Shown: in pieces, positions 13,852 to 18,290 of the stretch
Position numbering within the stretch: the first letter of the stretch is position 1
Layout of the letters: each line of letters starts with the position of its first letter
Source of the DNA: Thalassavirus gary
Taxonomy: Duplodnaviria; Heunggongvirae; Uroviricota; Caudoviricetes; Demerecviridae
DNA: 18,290 bases
Reading direction: 5' to 3' (one strand)
Virus record (IMG/VR): IMGVR_UViG_2974784677_000001
Made by a program: the position numbers and the translations under genes
Notes under the pieces: model-generated
Told to the model about the DNA's origin: nothing
Databases searched by the model: none
What the model saw: only the letters and a program-made list of their open reading frames with translations

Positions 13852-14057
13852 AAAGTTGGCACGAAAATTTCCTAATATATAAATCAAGAAATATTTTGCT
13901 ATATAATATAACTAGAAATTCTTTGACAAGCTCAAAAATCTATGAATCGAGCTATGCACAAAAGTGACTAAATATGCAGTTTTTTAACTAAAAGTGCATA
14001 AACGATTTAAATGAACTCGACTACAGGGTAGGGCTAAAATTGCTTAGAATCGCATAC

Positions 14058-14090
14058 AGAGCGTTTTAGAGCTATGTATAAATATACAGT
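14058..14090 (-). repeat. 33-bp inverted copy of 10592-10624 (32/33 identity), containing a LexA-like box
   Basis: Reverse complement ACTGTATATTTATACATAGCTCTAAAACGCTCT versus ACTGTATATTTATACATCGCTCTAAAACGCTCT. Confidence 0.9.
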
Positions 14091-14101
14091 GGTTTTCAAG
14101 T

Positions 14102-14117
14102 TGGCATGGTTATTGCT
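14102..14117 (+). promoter_or_regulatory. sigma54 (RpoN) -24/-12 consensus site
   Basis: TGGCATG-GTTA-TTGCT with correct GG-N10-GC spacing; a -24-only variant TGGCACG-AAAA-TTTCC lies at 13857-13872. Confidence 0.6.
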
Positions 14118-14222
14118 ACGTGCGCGTTTCTATTTATATTTATAGCCCTAGGTTATATTAGTAATTACTATATTAGAAACGCCTCGATTAATAAAATTTA
14201 TCGTCACGATAAAAACGTTTTG

Positions 14223-14251
14223 TTAGACTATAATCCTAGATTCGCTATTAT
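14223..14251 (+). promoter_or_regulatory. Pre-early promoter P1 of the A2-A1-dmp operon
   Basis: TTAGAC-TATAATCCTAGATTCGC-TATTAT; same family as 13551-13579. Confidence 0.6.
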
Positions 14252-14301
14252 ATACCCATACCGCAACAACACGGCGGGACAGAAAAGCTGAAAAGCTTCT
14301 C

Positions 14302-14351
14302 GAAAAAAGTTGAAAAAAGTTGTTGACACACTAAGCGGCTTTTGAGATACT
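14302..14351 (+). promoter_or_regulatory. Strong pre-early promoter P2 with UP element
   Basis: (GAAAAAAGTT)x2-G-TTGACA(14323-14328)-17 bp-GATACT(14346-14351). Confidence 0.85.
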
Positions 14352-14357
14352 AACAAC

Positions 14358-14382
14358 GTCCCCAAGGGGGCACGCTCTTTAA
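14358..14382 (+). promoter_or_regulatory. boxB-like hairpin plus boxA antitermination-like element
   Basis: GTCCC-CAAG-GGGGC hairpin, then CGCTCTTTAA (14373-14382); rrn boxA is TGCTCTTTAACA and lambda boxA is CGCTCTTA. Confidence 0.5.
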
Positions 14383-14557
14383 GGCAGTAAGACGGAATGC
14401 AGTGATGCATCGAATGCCTAGACAATTTGGAAAATGCGATTTGACCCATTGCTTACTTGATTGGATTGTTTGAGTATTAACCGTTAGCCGATTCATAGCG
14501 AGTCGGTTAACTGAGAAATACTCTCATTTAAAACTAACCTATTAAGAGGAAAATATC

Positions 14558-14995
14558 ATGGCTAAGAAATGGACAGAAGAAATGGCGGAAAAAGCAGCAA
14601 CTCTTTACACTGCTAAACTTGAAGCTGAAGGTAAAGAAGCGGCAGCACATACCGATTTTCTTGATACCATTGCGGTAGAAGTCGAGGCTGTATCAGGTAA
14701 AGCGGTTCGCTCAAAACTAACTGTTATGGGTGTTTACCAAAAACCGGACGCCGTTGCAAGTGTAGCTAAAACGAACACTGTACGTAAAGAACACTATGTA
14801 CGTGCTCTAGCTCATACGCTTGGTTTAGATGCTGATGATTTAGACAGCTTGAAAAACGCTAAAATGTCAGCCCTAGCCGATTTAGCTCAAGCGATTGGTA
14901 TCACTGACATTCAAGCAGCAAGCGCAAAAAATTACGAACCGGATTTAGAAAAGGTTTGTGAAGCTTTCGAAAATGCCCGTGGTCTAGACCTATAA
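14558..14995 (+). CDS. A2: T5-like A2 protein (DNA-binding, second-step transfer)
   Basis: W.EE..., AVRSKLT...YQK, RKEHYVR, DDLDSLKNAK match T5 A2 motifs; position next to A1. Confidence 0.9.
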   Translation: MAKKWTEEMAEKAATLYTAKLEAEGKEAAAHTDFLDTIAVEVEAVSGKAVRSKLTVMGVYQKPDAVASVAKTNTVRKEHYVRALAHTLGLDADDLDSLKNAKMSALADLAQAIGITDIQAASAKNYEPDLEKVCEAFENARGLDL

Positions 14996-15094
14996 CCAAC
15001 GCCTAAACAATTAGGGGGAATTATCCCCCTAATTTACAGTGTAAATTTAAACAAGTTTACACTGTAAATTAACCCATAAATGGAGAGTAAAACA

Positions 15095-15448
15095 ATGGCT
15101 AAGATTAGTATTAAATCACTGTTAAACAACGGCAGCGCAAAACAAGAACTACAAAACAAAGTTGAAAAACTAACAGGTGTTAGTTTTAATTGGCGTCCAA
15201 ATAGCCGTATTTCTGGGCGTACACTTCAAGCCGTCATTGATTTAGCGGAGTATAGAACACCGCTATTCAATGAAAGTGAAATTAATTCACTACGCTATGA
15301 AAACAAAGCAGCAAAAACAGTAGTTATGGGGATGTTGTGTGAAGCTCTAGAAATCAGCGACCTAGAACAACGTAAAGCAATTATGACGATTGCGAGTTGT
15401 TCAAGTGCAGATGATTTTGTTACTAAAGTTCTATTCATGTTTGTATAA
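15095..15448 (+). CDS. Pre-early hypothetical protein between A2 and A1
   Basis: ORF track starts at 15080; ATG 15095 follows GGAGA. Confidence 0.8.
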   Translation: MAKISIKSLLNNGSAKQELQNKVEKLTGVSFNWRPNSRISGRTLQAVIDLAEYRTPLFNESEINSLRYENKAAKTVVMGMLCEALEISDLEQRKAIMTIASCSSADDFVTKVLFMFV

Positions 15449-15522
15449 CGGGACAAAATATTCTAGGGCATTCTAGCGAGTGCCTTAGTTAATATTTTTA
15501 ACCGCAAAAGCGAGTATATACA

Positions 15523-17187
15523 ATGAAACAAGTTAACGAAGTAATCACAGCAAACGCAACGGCAATCATTAAAGCTGCAAAAGGTCTTAATTTTTGGGGC
15601 AAACGCCTAGACTCAAAACGCCGTGAAATTGCTATTGCAATTCGTGATTCTCTTAAAATCACTATCCATTCTAGCGAGCTTATTGATTGGCTAGACGAAA
15701 ACAAGCCAGTCAAACCAGTAAAAGCAAAAAGTCACTCGCAGCAAGCAAAAGCTGACATTGAACCTACTTTTGCAGGTTCTATCAATGGTCGAGATTTTGA
15801 CAACCTAGACGACGGTTTGTATATCTTGACGGCAGGACAGAACAACACAAAACCGCATCCAGTCTTAAATACTCTATTAGCAATTGCTAATGAGCGTGAT
15901 GCAGAGTTCGGAGTTATGCCGATTAAATATACAACCGTGCTACAGGGACGTGAACGCAAAGAGCCTAAATATCACGCAGATATTAAAAAGCATATTCTAG
16001 AGCCTGTAGATACTTGGTTAGGTGGTGAAGGTAACGTGCTACTAGCTAACAGTGCTCAGATTCTCCCAACTGCAAAACAGCCAATTAACGCAGCCGAGCG
16101 ACTAAATACAGGTGAATCATTAACTATTGTTGCTAGTCCTCGTCGCCAGACTAAAACCCTACCACGTCAAAAGAATGGGGCTTTCCGTTGGGTTTATACA
16201 ACAGGTGTTTGTACTCAAATGCATTACACTGACAGCCGAGCAGGGGCAGAAGCAGAAGCAGAACACTGTTTTGGTGGTGTGTTAATTGAAGTTCGAGACG
16301 GGCTAATCAATCACCGCCGTTTAGTAGCTGACGAAAACGGTGTTATTATTGATAACGGTTCGGTGTACTTCCCTGACGGCACTATCAAAGCTTACAATGA
16401 TGTTTTTGAGCAAAAGCCTGTTATCGTGCTAGGTGATTTGCATTGTGAGAAAATGTGCGAAGACTCATTTAACAGAGCATTACGCCAGATTCACAACGAA
16501 AACCCGTCATTGGTAGTTGTTCATGATGCGCTTGATTTTATGAGCCGTAACCACCACAACCGCGAGGACTGGACATTCTTATACCAAATGCAAGACCGTG
16601 CAGTAATCGACGATTTAACCGATGTAATCAATCACCTAAACCAGATTGCAGAATACGCGCCCGTTTTCATTGTTGAATCAAACCATGATTTAGCTCTAGA
16701 TTCTTGGGTACGTGATAATAAATTCGATGTACGCAAAGACCCTAAAAACGCCCGTACATATCACGCTCTAATGCTTGCTTACATTGAAGCGATGGACAAC
16801 GGCGAATTAAACGACCTTGCAAAAATGGATTTAGCATTCAGAGCACTAGCTGACAAGCTACCAGAGTTAAGCGATGATATCGAGTTCGGTAAAATCGACT
16901 CACAACGTCTAGTATTTGGTTATGATGTTTCTATGCATGGTCATGTTGGTACAGGTGGAGCGCGTGGCTCAGCAGTATCATTCAAAAAGATGCGCATTAA
17001 AACTGTAACAGGTCACACACATTCACCTTTTGAAGATAACAATAATATTGTTGTTGGTGTAACTGGCTCTATGGAGATGGGTTATAACAAAGGTGGTACA
17101 ACTTGGGACAGAGCAAACGCAGTTATTTACCCTAACTCAACTCACCAACTACTACCAACCTACCTAATCGGTGAAGCTCAATACTAA
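15523..17187 (+). CDS. A1: T5-like A1 protein (host DNA degradation and second-step transfer; metallophosphoesterase-fold nuclease)
   Basis: 554 aa; NFWGKRL, DWLDENKPVKP, QNNT.PH, GDLH, HDALDFMSRNHHNR, VESNHDLAL, MHGH, GHTHS match T5 A1. Confidence 0.93.
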   Translation: MKQVNEVITANATAIIKAAKGLNFWGKRLDSKRREIAIAIRDSLKITIHSSELIDWLDENKPVKPVKAKSHSQQAKADIEPTFAGSINGRDFDNLDDGLYILTAGQNNTKPHPVLNTLLAIANERDAEFGVMPIKYTTVLQGRERKEPKYHADIKKHILEPVDTWLGGEGNVLLANSAQILPTAKQPINAAERLNTGESLTIVASPRRQTKTLPRQKNGAFRWVYTTGVCTQMHYTDSRAGAEAEAEHCFGGVLIEVRDGLINHRRLVADENGVIIDNGSVYFPDGTIKAYNDVFEQKPVIVLGDLHCEKMCEDSFNRALRQIHNENPSLVVVHDALDFMSRNHHNREDWTFLYQMQDRAVIDDLTDVINHLNQIAEYAPVFIVESNHDLALDSWVRDNKFDVRKDPKNARTYHALMLAYIEAMDNGELNDLAKMDLAFRALADKLPELSDDIEFGKIDSQRLVFGYDVSMHGHVGTGGARGSAVSFKKMRIKTVTGHTHSPFEDNNNIVVGVTGSMEMGYNKGGTTWDRANAVIYPNSTHQLLPTYLIGEAQY

Positions 17188-17252
17188 TTAGTGTTTTATT
17201 AATAGGCTATCAATTGATAGCCTATTGCTGAACCCATTAAGAGAGAAAAGCC

Positions 17253-17474
17253 ATGAAAAGCACACAAATTAAACTCGCAAATGTACTAGCTAGCTACTAC
17301 GGCATGAAAACACAGAACCCTGCCAAAGCTAAAAAACATCTAGTACAGTTTATGAAAAAGCATGAACTAACTATGCTAGACGTACAGAATGCAATGCCTT
17401 TTGCCCGTGTCATTATTCAAAAACGTACTGATGCATTTATGAACGGCAGCACTACAGCACGATTGAACGATTAA
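17253..17474 (+). CDS. Pre-early hypothetical protein (basic)
   Basis: 73-aa ORF with GAGAG RBS, between A1 and dmp. Confidence 0.8.
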   Translation: MKSTQIKLANVLASYYGMKTQNPAKAKKHLVQFMKKHELTMLDVQNAMPFARVIIQKRTDAFMNGSTTARLND

Positions 17475-17559
17475 CATTCACTAGCACATAAACCACGTGG
17501 CGGGCGCAAATGTGATGCCCGTCACACTTTTACTTAACCGCATAAGCGAGTATTTACCA

Positions 17560-18198
17560 ATGAAAAAAGCATACATATTTGACCTAGACGGCACAACAAT
17601 TGATTCTTTTCACCGTGTTGAGCCATGCCTAGATTCACAGGGTAACTTGAATCTAGATAAATATATCAAAGAGGCTTGCACGCCTGAAAAGGTAGCCAAT
17701 GACAAACTGTTGCCACTTGCCGGATACATGCAACAACTAATCAAACAGGGTGAACTTGTTATCATCCTAACAGCTCGTTACATGCTTAATCATGATTATG
17801 TTTACCTACGCCGTAATCAATTGAGAACGCCTATCATTTGCAGCCGTGACCAATTGAGCCGTGTATTTGGTGAAGGTAATGCAGCCCGTATCAGTGCAAT
17901 GTCAGATGCACCATACAAACAACAATGGTTTGAACATCTATTTGCTAGTATGCCACAAGTTACAGAATGGTGTTTCTTTGACGACCACGACGGTATATTA
18001 GAAATGGCTAATTCATTAAAAGGTGTAACAGCTACCGACGCTAAATTGATGAATCAACTGTTAGAAATGCAATGGGCTGACATTTACCGCCAAGGCGAAC
18101 AAGACACCGCCGAGTTGATACAAGACCTAATTGTTGAATGTTCACATCAAGACGTGATTATCAAACCGGAGTGGATTGATGAGCTTTTAGCTGAATAA
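17560..18198 (+). CDS. dmp: Deoxyribonucleoside-5'-monophosphatase (HAD family)
   Basis: FDLDGT.IDSFHRV.PC.DS.GNL, LTARYM, FFDDH match T5 Dmp. The track's GTG 17497 lies in a hairpin, so ATG 17560 is preferred. Confidence 0.9.
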   Translation: MKKAYIFDLDGTTIDSFHRVEPCLDSQGNLNLDKYIKEACTPEKVANDKLLPLAGYMQQLIKQGELVIILTARYMLNHDYVYLRRNQLRTPIICSRDQLSRVFGEGNAARISAMSDAPYKQQWFEHLFASMPQVTEWCFFDDHDGILEMANSLKGVTATDAKLMNQLLEMQWADIYRQGEQDTAELIQDLIVECSHQDVIIKPEWIDELLAE

Positions 18199-18290
18199 TT
18201 AAAGAAAAGCTGTACAGATGAGAATGATTACCGTCCTCAATAAGGGGGGCGGTAATGAGACTTGTTCTCATCTACGGTGGGGTCTACACC

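Noticed and set aside
13902-13945. TATAAT (13902) and TTGACA (13923) as a promoter
   Set aside because: The hexamers are in the wrong order on +, and give a 15-bp spacing on the minus strand
14026-14033. KOPS motif GGGTAGGG
   Set aside because: One 8-mer occurrence is compatible with chance, and no dif-like site was seen
14106-14449. ORF-track ORFs 14106-14291 (+) and 14228-14449 (-)
   Set aside because: No RBS; they overlap the sigma54 site, palindromes and the P1/P2 promoters; atypical codon use. The + ORF cannot be fully excluded as a sigma54-linked peptide, but its ATG lies inside the site itself
1738-15959. Antisense ORFs 1738-1959, 4375-4557, 5859-6068, 6237-6461, 11765-11983, 12146-12556, 12920-13141, 15498-15713 and 15732-15959
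   Set aside because: Shadow frames opposite well-supported genes in uniformly oriented operons, with no RBS or promoter support
1-18290. tRNA or rRNA genes, integrase, transposase or homing endonuclease
   Set aside because: No cloverleaf with T-loop GTTCRA and CCA end, no rRNA-like sequence beyond the boxA leader, and no recognisable recombinase, HNH or GIY-YIG motifs in the translations

Overview
This window looks like the terminal region of a T5-like lytic phage (Demerecviridae), shown inverted relative to the usual T5 map. The family call rests on A2, A1 and dmp in T5 order. A Vibrio-type host is inferred only from CTA-rich Leu usage and NAMPT. Layout: (1) 1-9466, early genes on + (NAMPT C-terminus, Rnl2-family RNA ligase, RNase H-like protein, about 23 small hypothetical ORFs), broken up by eight repeated sigma70 promoter/leader/RBS cassettes. 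(2) 9467-10907, a 1.4-kb non-coding block where the terminal-repeat boundary and injection-stop signal would be expected. It holds a candidate structured RNA, ten same-strand GCACC-type repeats, an 11 x 8-bp tandem array, alternative inverted repeats, and sigma54, DnaA and LexA-like sites. (3) 10908-13521, pre-early small genes on the minus strand. (4) 13580-14557, a second non-coding block that repeats the sigma54/DnaA/LexA-like set and ends in tandem promoters with an rrn-like boxA leader. (5) 14558-18198, the A2-orf-A1-orf-dmp operon with a hairpin before every gene. The most unusual signal is the twice-repeated cluster of host-protein binding motifs in the first-injected DNA. No tRNA, CRISPR array or mobile element was seen. 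All motif calls are by eye; none were computed.
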